From the NCBI GenBank assembly GCA_964355955.1, contig CAYHFQ010000003.1, forward strand, positions 31,777-95,776: a stretch of 64,000 nt of DNA, in the 5' to 3' direction. The translations under genes and the position numbers were made by a program. Shown here piece after piece: positions 28,277 to 36,463 of this stretch (positions within the stretch are counted from its first letter, which is position 1; each line of letters opens with the position of its first letter). This DNA comes from an uncultured Gammaproteobacteria bacterium. Its GTDB lineage: Bacteria; Patescibacteriota; Patescibacteriia; UBA9934. The notes below the pieces were generated by a model, which made no database searches, was not told where the DNA came from, and saw nothing but the letters and a program-made list of their open reading frames with translations.

Positions 28277-30190
28277 CTAAGGTGAAAGAGGCAAGAGGTC
28301 GCAAGTCTCGGACCGAGCTTCGCCGTTACAACAAGATGGATTGTCGACGCTAACCTGACAGCAGGCAGAAGTTGGGTCGTTGGGATTACAGGTACCGCTC
28401 GTGGCGTCTGGCCCGTTAGCAGGGACGTAACAGTTCTGGTACTGATTTTCGATACCCTGGCTAGCCAAGACGCCGTAGAGATAGGTCTTGCCCTCGGTCG
28501 AGGCGAGGAAGGTGCCGTGGCCGATGGAAGTTTGGGTGTGGAGCGTGGCTTGGTTAACTGGATCTGTGACTTCGGCGCCGCTTAAGTCGATGCCCACACT
28601 GCGCGGTAAGAACCACATTTCGTGGCTACCGCCGGTCGAAGTTTCTTTGTTGCTCATGCTGACGTTAGCACTGGTTAGTGACAGGGTGCGCATGATATCC
28701 CAGAAAGTGATGGTAACAGTTTGATCGAGCGCCTGGTCCTCGCCGAGAATGCTAGGCGAAATGTTCATGATGGTTGGGCCGACTAGGTTAATGTCGCCCG
28801 AGGTTGAGAAGGTCCAGTCTGGGAAGTCGTCGCCAGCCGTGCCGTCCTGGTTACCGTCTAAGCTGTTCGAGGCAGCGTCGACGATACCATCGTAGTTTGG
28901 TGGAAGGTTGTCAGCTTGTGGTGGGCTGGCCGTAGTGGTAGCGGCGGCAATGCGGAGCGTAATGTCGTCGTTAGCCGGCAAACAGTAAATAGTGGAGCCG
29001 CAAGAGTTGGTGCCGCAATCGTCAGTCGAAGTGAAGGTAATAGTTTTGTAGCCGTTGCTGATTTGGTAGGTACCGGCTTGAGCCGTGCTAGTAGCCCCGC
29101 TCACAGTTTGGATGTTAGAGAAGCCGCTAGTGGCGGTGCGGGTACCGGTGGAAGAGGTTGGGTCGATAGCCTCGTTGAAGGTGACTTCCACGGAAATGTT
29201 GCGGTCGAAGGTTTGATTTTGCGCTGGGACCACGGCCACGACGTGCGGTGGAGTTAAGTCGATAGTGGTGCCAACGGTGAAGGACCATTCGTAACCGCCT
29301 GAATAAACACCGGTGAAGGCGTCCTGGCTATCTGCTGTTTTGATGGCAGTGTTGAGCGAGATCGTATAGAGCGTGTCAGCAGCGGCCGAACCGAGGTAGC
29401 CTTGTGGGACGAAGGTAAAGGTAGTGAGGTCGTCGGTGAAGTAAACGTCGACATCGGTGCGAACTACCTCGAGACCGGTATCAGGGTCGACGGAGGAAAT
29501 GGCGACCATGGTGCTATTAATGAGAGTGCCGCTGGCAACATCGTCGCTGAGATCGGTGCCAGTACCGCTCGTGTTGTAGTCCGCAATAAAGGAAGGGATG
29601 TCCATTGGCTCGGCGAAAGTGACCATGACGTGCGTGTTGCGAGCGATGTCGACAGCGTTGCGTTCTGGGTAATGGTCGCGGAGAATGCCGGCACCGAGAG
29701 AACCGGACAAGACTTCCACGGACACGACACCGTTACTCGAGGTGTTACTGCCAGATCCAGAGCCTGCGCCGAGGGCGTTTAAAATGAAGGTAGCGATACC
29801 GTAAGCGCCGAGAACGATGATGATACCGATAGTGCCATTGATGAGTGTACTTTTGGCGCGTTTGATTTTATCCTCACTGCCGCCGGCGGTCATCCAGAGG
29901 ACGCCAGCGTAGATGATGAGAATAAGGAACACGACGCCAAGCACACCGAGCACGACCGAAATAATAGTGCCGATGATGGTCAAGAGATCCGTGTTCGCAA
30001 AGCCGGCTGTGGCGCCGACACTGGTCAACGCTGCCGTTGAATCTTGAGCTAAGGCGAAGTGCGGATGAGCAACCGCAAAGGCTGCCAGTGCGGCAGCGAA
30101 GGTGGTGAATGATGCGACTCGTTTCAAGATAGAAGAATAGACCACAGGAAAGATGCAAACTGCAGAACCAATGCTCACAGTATACAACAT
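28277..30190 (-). CDS. Large (637 aa) surface protein whose N-terminal anchor is shared with the giant protein downstream (LWMTAGGSEDKIKRAKSTLINGTIGIIIVLG versus FTWMTAAGNEEKLERAKKILIRGVIGLAIILL).
   Basis: ORF translation. The stop is 3 nt from the giant-gene start, indicating an operon. Confidence 0.7.
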   Translation of the reverse strand: MLYTVSIGSAVCIFPVVYSSILKRVASFTTFAAALAAFAVAHPHFALAQDSTAALTSVGATAGFANTDLLTIIGTIISVVLGVLGVVFLILIIYAGVLWMTAGGSEDKIKRAKSTLINGTIGIIIVLGAYGIATFILNALGAGSGSGSNTSSNGVVSVEVLSGSLGAGILRDHYPERNAVDIARNTHVMVTFAEPMDIPSFIADYNTSGTGTDLSDDVASGTLINSTMVAISSVDPDTGLEVVRTDVDVYFTDDLTTFTFVPQGYLGSAAADTLYTISLNTAIKTADSQDAFTGVYSGGYEWSFTVGTTIDLTPPHVVAVVPAQNQTFDRNISVEVTFNEAIDPTSSTGTRTATSGFSNIQTVSGATSTAQAGTYQISNGYKTITFTSTDDCGTNSCGSTIYCLPANDDITLRIAAATTTASPPQADNLPPNYDGIVDAASNSLDGNQDGTAGDDFPDWTFSTSGDINLVGPTIMNISPSILGEDQALDQTVTITFWDIMRTLSLTSANVSMSNKETSTGGSHEMWFLPRSVGIDLSGAEVTDPVNQATLHTQTSIGHGTFLASTEGKTYLYGVLASQGIENQYQNCYVPANGPDATSGTCNPNDPTSACCQVSVDNPSCCNGEARSETCDLLPLSP

Positions 30191-30208
30191 TTTTTCCTGG
30201 TGTACGAC

Positions 30209-31333
30209 CTAGGTTGTGGAGAACATTTTAGCGATGGCGGTTTTTAGTTCTATCAGGCCTGTTTTGGCGTGTGCGGAAACTACAACGCCCCCTCTAACTC
30301 CCCCATAGCTGGGGGAGGACGTACTCAAAAGTTTTTTGATGGTGGCCGGCTTCTTGATGGCGTCGATTTTATTGTAAACGATGAGACGTGGATGGTCCGC
30401 GATATTCAACTGCTGCAGCACATCATCGACCACCGCCATCTTAGCAACGTACTTGGGATCAGCCACGTCGACGACCTGCAAAAGTAAATCGGCGTTAGCG
30501 GCTTCGGAGAGCGTGCTGTGAAAAGCGCGGATGAGCTGGGGTGGGAGGCCGGCGATGAAGCCGATGGTGTCCGAGAGTAAAATAGTCTCGTTAAGTTCAG
30601 GAATATAAACGTCGGCCACGCGCGTGTCGAGGGTGGCGAAGAGCTTATCCGCGGCGTATTCCTGGCGTTTACCGAGCGCATTTAAGAGCGACGTCTTGCC
30701 GGCGTTGGTATAGCCGACCAAGGCGACGGTTTTCTTTTCTTGGCGTCGACGATGCTGTTGGTGCTGGTCGCGCACGCTTTGGCACTTCTCGAGCTTCTGC
30801 AAAATCTGCTTTTCCTGCTCGCGTAAGTGGCGCTTCATCGCTTCCGTGTTGCCTTCCCCACTACCGCCGACTGTACCACGACCACCGCGTTGACGGCCGA
30901 GTTCCGCACCCATGTTGAAAATACGGGGGCCCATGTGACGCAAACGGGCTAGTTCGATTTCCAGCTTGGCCTCGCTCGTTTTAGCATGTTTGTCGAAAAT
31001 GTTGAGAATGAGGTCGATGCGATCCCAGACCTGTATTTTGGCACCACGAAGCAGCTCTTCGAGATTGAAAATTTGTTGCGGCTTTAAGACTTCGTTAATG
31101 ATGAGCAAATCGGCACCGAGCAACTTGCCTTCTGCCACAATCTCCTCCACCTTGCCGCTGCCGATGTAGGTGCGATTGTCGGGCTTAGCGCGACGCTGGA
31201 CGGTTCGGACGACGGCTACTCCCCCGTACGTCTTCGTCAATTCCTCGAGCTCAGCGAGACGCTCTAAAGCCTCGGCCTTCGGCACGGTGTAATGAACGAG
31301 GTCGGCGAGAATGGCGCGGCGAAGTGTGGGCAT
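30209..31333 (-). CDS. hflX: GTPase HflX.
   Basis: HflX N-domain plus G-domain (VALVGYTNAGKTSLLNAL, DTIGF, NKID). The C-terminal region carries the in-frame 35-nt element (SSPSYGGVRGG). Confidence 0.9.
   Translation of the reverse strand: MPTLRRAILADLVHYTVPKAEALERLAELEELTKTYGGVAVVRTVQRRAKPDNRTYIGSGKVEEIVAEGKLLGADLLIINEVLKPQQIFNLEELLRGAKIQVWDRIDLILNIFDKHAKTSEAKLEIELARLRHMGPRIFNMGAELGRQRGGRGTVGGSGEGNTEAMKRHLREQEKQILQKLEKCQSVRDQHQQHRRRQEKKTVALVGYTNAGKTSLLNALGKRQEYAADKLFATLDTRVADVYIPELNETILLSDTIGFIAGLPPQLIRAFHSTLSEAANADLLLQVVDVADPKYVAKMAVVDDVLQQLNIADHPRLIVYNKIDAIKKPATIKKLLSTSSPSYGGVRGGVVVSAHAKTGLIELKTAIAKMFSTT
30285..30318. repeat. 35-nt GC-rich palindromic element (E3) inserted in-frame in hflX, encoding SSPSYGGVRGGV.
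   Basis: The minus-sense sequence TCCTCCCCCAGCTATGGGGGAGTTAGAGGGGGCGTT translates to S S P S Y G G V R G G V. Nucleotide sequence is near-identical to E1, E2 and E4. Confidence 0.6.
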
Positions 31334-31335
31334 AG

Positions 31336-31881
31336 TTATTTAGTAGATTTTATCTTTTTGATTTCTCGCGCTACAGAAAATACAAACTCCAAATCTTTTA
31401 TCGAGTATTCTGAGTCTATAGCGGCCAGGGTTCCTATATGTAGACGATTTCGCAGAATTCGCACTTTATCAACATCTTTATAAATCTGCTCGTTGATAAC
31501 TGAGTGATCCCGACAGAGAGTGTTAATATCACCTAAATTTATTTTACCTAGCTTTACAGGTTCAATGTTCACTACATGAGAGCCTAGAACTATACGATCC
31601 TGATTATTAATTTTATAAAGTTCTCTGGAAATCTTAAAGCTTTTTGTTTCTCTAGTTAAATTTTCTTCAGAGACCATGCTCTTCAAAAACCAAACCAGTA
31701 GTGCTTCGATAATTGAAGCGGTATAAACAATAGCAGTTTTCCTAAAGCTACTTCTGAGCGAAGAGGTGTATGTTGGTAAGTCTGATAGATATACTAATTC
31801 CATCAAATGCTCAAATGCAGTGTAGATGTTTCCCCTTAGAATGTCGTCTTCAACAAAAGAAAAATTGGACATTCTAGACAT
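31336..31881 (-). CDS. Hypothetical protein in a low-GC islet; possibly HEPN-like (R-x6-H in RILRNRLHIG).
   Basis: 181 aa, about 38% GC. Family assignment is tentative and rests only on that motif. Confidence 0.3.
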   Translation of the reverse strand: MSRMSNFSFVEDDILRGNIYTAFEHLMELVYLSDLPTYTSSLRSSFRKTAIVYTASIIEALLVWFLKSMVSEENLTRETKSFKISRELYKINNQDRIVLGSHVVNIEPVKLGKINLGDINTLCRDHSVINEQIYKDVDKVRILRNRLHIGTLAAIDSEYSIKDLEFVFSVAREIKKIKSTK

Positions 31882-31895
31882 AAATAAAATTACAG

Positions 31896-32069
31896 CCTAG
31901 GCATCCTGTAGCATGCCGGCCAATGAAGGATAGCCTTTCTCAATAAAAAACTCGCCGAGTTTTTTCTCTGAATGAGCACCAAAATCAGTTCCAAGTTTTT
32001 TAGCGATGACACTAATTTTAGTATCGAACTTATATATTTCTTCTCGAGTCTTAATTGCCTTCTTTTTCA
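31896..32069 (-). CDS. Small ORF (58 aa, MKKKAIKTREEIYKFDTKISVIAKKLGTDFGAHSEKKLGEFFIEKGYPSLAGMLQDA) located 14 nt upstream of the HEPN-like gene. It may be a partner or antitoxin-like gene.
   Basis: Translated by hand; it is not in the track because it is under 60 aa. Same strand and a tight spacing to the next gene. Confidence 0.3.
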
Positions 32070-32228
32070 TATAACTAAACTATACCAAGATGACTCTAAG
32101 TGGACAAATGGCTGACAATTTCAGTATGTCGGAAATTCCAGCATACTGAAAACATCAATGATTTGAGATTATTCGGAATTCCGAATTCAGTCAGTTACCG
32201 AGGATTCCTCGGTAACTGCCGATGCTGA

Positions 32229-32627
32229 CTAATTCACCTTCTCCCATGAATCACGGTATGCCAGCAGCTCAGACAATTTAACCGTTTTGTCCGTCGATAA
32301 AATGATATCGATATTCTCGTCACCGTCATTTGCCTGACGCATGAATTCGCGGCAGTGACCGCAGGGAGAGATGACGAAGACGTCGCCGTGCTCGTCCTTC
32401 CAGGTAGCAACGACGGTTTTTATCTTGTGCTCGCCGGCTGTGACCATGGCAGCAATGGCGCTTTGCTCGGCACAGAAACCGATACCGGAAGTATCGATGC
32501 AAGTACCAAGATAAACATGACCCTGTTCCGAGACTACGGCCGCGCCAACGTCGCCTATTAATCGATCGCCGAGCTTATGAGTGGCGATGACCGAGGCTGC
32601 TTGTTTAATGAGTTCGGTGTTGTCCAT
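32229..32627 (-). CDS. cdd: Cytidine deaminase.
   Basis: Zinc-binding CAEQSAI ... PCGHCRE motifs. 132 aa. Confidence 0.85.
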   Translation of the reverse strand: MDNTELIKQAASVIATHKLGDRLIGDVGAAVVSEQGHVYLGTCIDTSGIGFCAEQSAIAAMVTAGEHKIKTVVATWKDEHGDVFVISPCGHCREFMRQANDGDENIDIILSTDKTVKLSELLAYRDSWEKVN

Positions 32628-32633
32628 AATCGA

Positions 32634-33092
32634 TTACGCTTTGAGCACCTTATCCACCATCTGCTTAATGCGGGAACCGTCGGCCATGTCTTTCAGCTTG
32701 CCCATGAGAGTGCCCATGGCTTTGCCGAGATCCGCGGCGGAGGTAATGCCGAGTGAGGCGAGTTCGGCGCGCACTTTTTCCTCGAGTTCACCGTCGGTGA
32801 TTTGGGCTGGGAGATATTTTTCGAGGATGGCGATTTCGCGCCGGGCGGCGTCGGCCAAGTCTTCACGAGCAGCGACGACGAATGATTCGAGACCGTCCTT
32901 TAACTTCTTCACATCACTTTTAATGACACCCATGACGTCGGCGTCGGCGATTTCTTGACTGGCGACGGTGCCGGCTTCGATCATCTTGTTCTTGATGGAT
33001 GAGATAAGCATGCGGATGGTGTCGAGTGTGGCGCTGTCGTGGGCTTTCATGGCGGACTTCATGTCTTCGCGGATTTGTTCGTACAATGTCAT
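32634..33092 (-). CDS. GatB/YqeY domain protein.
   Basis: 152 aa helical protein with YqeY-type sequence (MTLYEQIREDMKSAMKA...). Confidence 0.75.
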   Translation of the reverse strand: MTLYEQIREDMKSAMKAHDSATLDTIRMLISSIKNKMIEAGTVASQEIADADVMGVIKSDVKKLKDGLESFVVAAREDLADAARREIAILEKYLPAQITDGELEEKVRAELASLGITSAADLGKAMGTLMGKLKDMADGSRIKQMVDKVLKA

Positions 33093-33170
33093 AATCGATA
33101 ATTATTTGAGTTTGTTCGATTCTACCATATAACACAAAACAGGAGTAAAACCCCTGTTTTATGGTTTGTT

Positions 33171-33425
33171 TTATTGACGACGGCGGGACTGTTGCATGTC
33201 TTCTTCCTTAACCTTGCCTGTTTTAAGCAAGTATTCGCGTTTAGCACCCATTTCTAAGCGGCGGATAGCGCTGCCATGTTTACGGGTTTTGCTTGGGGCT
33301 TTGGCGTGATAGCGGGAGGCGCGCACGGTCAAAACCTTACCACTTTGCTGAATGCGACGTGAAAAGCGACGGAAAACCGCTTCAAAACTCTCGCCTTTTT
33401 TGCGTTTTACTTCAATTGTAGCCAT
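33171..33425 (-). CDS. rpsU: 30S ribosomal protein S21.
   Basis: MATIEVKRKKGESFEAVFRRFSRRIQQSGKVLTVRASRYHAKAPSKTRKH. GGAAGG lies 8 nt upstream of ATG 33425. The longer track ORF 33171..33488 lacks an RBS. Confidence 0.85.
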   Translation of the reverse strand: MATIEVKRKKGESFEAVFRRFSRRIQQSGKVLTVRASRYHAKAPSKTRKHGSAIRRLEMGAKREYLLKTGKVKEEDMQQSRRRQ

Positions 33426-33458
33426 GAATATACCTTCCTTTCTATTGTTGGATGGGTG

Positions 33459-33488
33459 GATAGTACCGTAAAGGGTGGGATAAGTCAA
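33459..33488 (-). promoter_or_regulatory. Putative rpsU promoter. Sense strand: TTGACT-N18-TACTAT.
   Basis: Reverse complement of 33459-33488 is TTGACTTAATCCCACCCTTTACGGTACTAT. It lies between the upstream terminator and the rpsU RBS. Confidence 0.4.
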
Positions 33489-33532
33489 AAAAACAGAACG
33501 CCCGACAAACAGCCATCGGGCGTCTGTCGGGC
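33486..33532 (-). terminator. Rho-independent terminator. On the minus strand it reads GCCCGACAGACGCCCGATGGCTGTTTGTCGGGC followed by GTTCTGTTTTTTTGAC.
   Basis: 8-bp stem GCCCGACA/TGTCGGGC plus a 7-U run. An alternative inner pairing GCCCGA/TCGGGC is also possible. Confidence 0.55.
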
Positions 33533-33553
33533 TAGGAGTTGTGGTCCAGTACC

Positions 33554-34171
33554 CTACTCGCGAGGGACCGCATGGCTGGGCGCCTGTGCGTTTGCCTCAA
33601 GAACAGCGAAGGCGAAGGGGCAGTCAGGGTTTCCCTCGACGCCGTCGGCGTAGATGTAGGAAACGTACACCTGGCCGCCACTCCAGCCGAGCTGCAGGAA
33701 CCTACGCTTGTCTTCCTCATCGAGAATTCTCTCGGCGAAGACCAGCTTGCCGCCAGTCTTCAACTCGGCTGGAAAGAGGTGAGCATGCTCAGGCTTCCGC
33801 AGCTCGTAAGCAACTTGCAAACCTGCGAACTGACGGTCTTTCAGCTCGTCCTGGATGTCGTCGAATTTGTTCCAGTGCTTCCGCTGGCTCGGGAAAACAG
33901 CCTTGATCTGGCGCAGATTGAGCACGCCCTTGTACAGGTTGGGTGGCTGTACCGTACTCCGGTCGTAGGTCCAGTCCGAGAAGAACGTCGGCGGGTCGCC
34001 GCTGCAGTCCACCAACATGGGATGGACGGGGTTGACCTCAGCGATGAGGTGGCGGCTGAGTGCCGGCCGTTTGGCGATGGCCGCCAAGTCTTTCGAGGTG
34101 CCACCCTCAGCGGCGAAAGCAGCGAGGAAGGCGGTGACGTCGGCGGGATCGAAGTTGTCGATGTCGGCCAT
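33554..34171 (-). CDS. GC-rich hypothetical protein (206 aa, MADIDNFDPADVTAFLAAF...).
   Basis: The track ORF 33554..34486 overlaps the hisS 3' end in another frame. The internal ATG 34171 has GGAG 7 nt upstream and TATAAAAT about 45 nt upstream. Confidence 0.5.
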   Translation of the reverse strand: MADIDNFDPADVTAFLAAFAAEGGTSKDLAAIAKRPALSRHLIAEVNPVHPMLVDCSGDPPTFFSDWTYDRSTVQPPNLYKGVLNLRQIKAVFPSQRKHWNKFDDIQDELKDRQFAGLQVAYELRKPEHAHLFPAELKTGGKLVFAERILDEEDKRRFLQLGWSGGQVYVSYIYADGVEGNPDCPFAFAVLEANAQAPSHAVPRE

Positions 34172-34271
34172 GAGAGCTCCGGCGGTGTGGGTTGATCTAA
34201 AAAACGGTCGAGGACAGAATGTCCAAGACCGTATTTTATAACCTGAAATAAGTTTTTTGTCCAGTGTCAGC

Positions 34272-35756
34272 CTAGTGCCTACCAAAGAGCTTACGCTTCT
34301 TTTGGATTGGTTCTGGGGCCTTTGGCGCTGGGGCTTTTTTGACTTCTTCGATGACTGGGGCGATGCCGTTTTCTTCGTTCTCAGCGGCGAGGGCTGTCTT
34401 TTCGACGAGGGACAGCTTGTTCTTGGCGACAACGCGGCGAGCCAGGAGGCCGACCACTTTCTCCACGTCGACGATTTCCTGAGCACCGGAGTCCATGTCG
34501 CGGACGATGATAGTACCGTCGAGAACCTCCTTTTGACCGAGGATGAGAGCCATCTTGGCCTTGAGCTTGTCCGCCACTTCGAGCTGAGCCTTCAATGAAC
34601 CTTTACCGAAGGCTTCGGCACAGCTCATGCCGCCCACGCGGATCTTTTCGAAGACAGCCAAACCCTTACGACGAGCCGCTTCGCCCAACTGACAGAAGAA
34701 GATGTCGACGCGACGCTCCTCCGCCAACTGGAAAACGCCAGATTGCTTCATGGCAAGAATGGTGCGATCGACGCCCAAACCAGCACCCATAGCGCCAGTA
34801 TTCTCACGACCGCCGAGCATTGGTACCAAGCCGTCGTAACGACCACCGCCACCGAGGGCTAGGCCCTTCATCTCCTCGTTCTTTGGGTTAGCCATGTAGA
34901 CCTCGAAGATGCTGTGGGTGTAGTAGTCGAGACCACGGACCAAGTGTGGGTCGAGTACGTATGGCACCTCAGCTTCGTCGAGATATTCCAAAGCCTTCAT
35001 GAAGTGAGCCTTACTCTCAGCGTCGAGATAATCGATGATTTGGGGGGCGCCGGCCTTGAGTTCGTTCATGCCAGGCTCCTTAGAGTCGAGCAAACGGAGA
35101 GGGTTCTTGAGCATACGCTTTTTGTCCAGTTCCGACAGCTTGTTCTTGTGTTGCTTGAAGTAAGCGAGCAGCTCGCTGATATAGTCCTTGCGGGAAGCTG
35201 GGGTGCCGAGTGAATTGACATGGAGAATGACTTCGACGCCGAGCTCGCGGTAAAAACGGTGGGCCATGAGCATGACCTGAGCGTCAATGATAGGGTCAAT
35301 AGAACCCAAAGCCTCAATACCGAACTGCTGCAACTGACGATAACGGCCGAACTGTGGACGGTCATGACGGAAGAATTGTTCGAAGTACCAGAGCTTCACT
35401 GGCTGTGGTTGGTTGACCATGCCATGTTCAATGTAAGCACGGGCCACCTGAGCGGTGCCTTCTGGGCGCATGGCAACCTTGTCACCACCCGGGTCTTCAA
35501 AAACATACATTTCCTTGGTCACGACGTCGCTTTCTTTGCCGGCGGTGCGCTCAAACAGGGCAGCGTTTTCGAGGACTGGCAAACGAATGCGGTTGAAGCT
35601 GTAGGACTTGGTGAGGCTAGCGGCAACGGACTCGACGCGGTCCCAGAACCATTGTTCGTCCGGCAAAACGTCGCGGAAACCACGCACGAGTTCTGGGGTC
35701 TTGCTCTTCTTCTTGGATTCAACTGGGGCGGCGGCAGGAGCGGTAGGCTTTGGCAT
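34272..35756 (-). CDS. hisS: Histidine--tRNA ligase with Lys/Pro/Ala-rich N- and C-terminal extensions.
   Basis: Class II motifs (GFRDVLP, RYRQLQQFG, GGGRYDGL). Extensions: MPKPTAPAAAPVESKKKSK at the N-terminus and ...EEVKKAPAPKAPEPIQKKRKLFGRH at the C-terminus. Confidence 0.9.
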   Translation of the reverse strand: MPKPTAPAAAPVESKKKSKTPELVRGFRDVLPDEQWFWDRVESVAASLTKSYSFNRIRLPVLENAALFERTAGKESDVVTKEMYVFEDPGGDKVAMRPEGTAQVARAYIEHGMVNQPQPVKLWYFEQFFRHDRPQFGRYRQLQQFGIEALGSIDPIIDAQVMLMAHRFYRELGVEVILHVNSLGTPASRKDYISELLAYFKQHKNKLSELDKKRMLKNPLRLLDSKEPGMNELKAGAPQIIDYLDAESKAHFMKALEYLDEAEVPYVLDPHLVRGLDYYTHSIFEVYMANPKNEEMKGLALGGGGRYDGLVPMLGGRENTGAMGAGLGVDRTILAMKQSGVFQLAEERRVDIFFCQLGEAARRKGLAVFEKIRVGGMSCAEAFGKGSLKAQLEVADKLKAKMALILGQKEVLDGTIIVRDMDSGAQEIVDVEKVVGLLARRVVAKNKLSLVEKTALAAENEENGIAPVIEEVKKAPAPKAPEPIQKKRKLFGRH

Positions 35757-35781
35757 AGTAGATTATCAACTAGAAATTATC

Positions 35782-36429
35782 CTAAAAATTATATTGGGGA
35801 GCGGCGAAGGTGCCGAGTCGACTAAGTGGGAAACCGCGAATCCAGACGCGGCCAATGAAGTTTTCAAACGGGATAGTGCCGATGATGCGAGAATCGAGGC
35901 TGGCGCCGCGGTTGTCACCCATGACGAAGTACTGACCAGCGGGGATAACTACTTTCTGCGGATTGCCGGTTGTTTGCGTTTCGTAAGTTTCATCGAGAAT
36001 AATTCCGTTGGGATACTCGGTGTTATAAATGGTGACGTTGCCTTCTTTGACTTCCACTGTTTCGCCGGGTAAGCCGATGATGCGCTTAATATAGTATTGG
36101 CTACTCTCTTCTACGGCCCCGGTCGCTGTATGCTCTGGTGGATGGAAGACGACGACCTCACCGCGCACTGGAGCGCGCAGACGGAAGGACATTTCGTCGA
36201 CGATGAGATACTCCTTATCATGGAAGGTTGGGTCCATGCTGGCACCTTTGACGACGAATGGCTGAATGAGGAAGTAACGAACGATGAAAATGATGACGAT
36301 GGCGACAATGATGATTTTACTGATTTCGATCAAGAAAGCGACGACGGGATTCTTGAAGAAGCCCTTTGGTTGCAACTCGACCCCGCCCTCGGATACTGGA
36401 GAAAGCTCATTCATAAGGCAAATATGCAA
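35782..36429 (-). CDS. lepB: Signal peptidase I.
   Basis: Catalytic Ser box VKGASMDPTF and the GDNRGASLDSR box. Confidence 0.85.
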   Translation of the reverse strand: MHICLMNELSPVSEGGVELQPKGFFKNPVVAFLIEISKIIIVAIVIIFIVRYFLIQPFVVKGASMDPTFHDKEYLIVDEMSFRLRAPVRGEVVVFHPPEHTATGAVEESSQYYIKRIIGLPGETVEVKEGNVTIYNTEYPNGIILDETYETQTTGNPQKVVIPAGQYFVMGDNRGASLDSRIIGTIPFENFIGRVWIRGFPLSRLGTFAAPQYNF

Positions 36430-36463
36430 AATTACTCACAGTATAGCACAAAATAGGAAAAAA

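Noticed and set aside
30285-30318. Interpreting SSPSYGGVRGG in HflX and ScpA as a shared functional protein motif.
   Set aside because: The identity is at the nucleotide level, about 33 of 35 nt, and the same sequence occurs in non-coding positions. A mobile DNA element is the more economical explanation.
34172-34486. N-terminal 105 residues of the track ORF 33554..34486.
   Set aside because: They overlap the 3' end of hisS in another frame and have a basic low-complexity composition. An internal ATG at 34171 with GGAG and an upstream TATAAAAT gives a cleaner gene.
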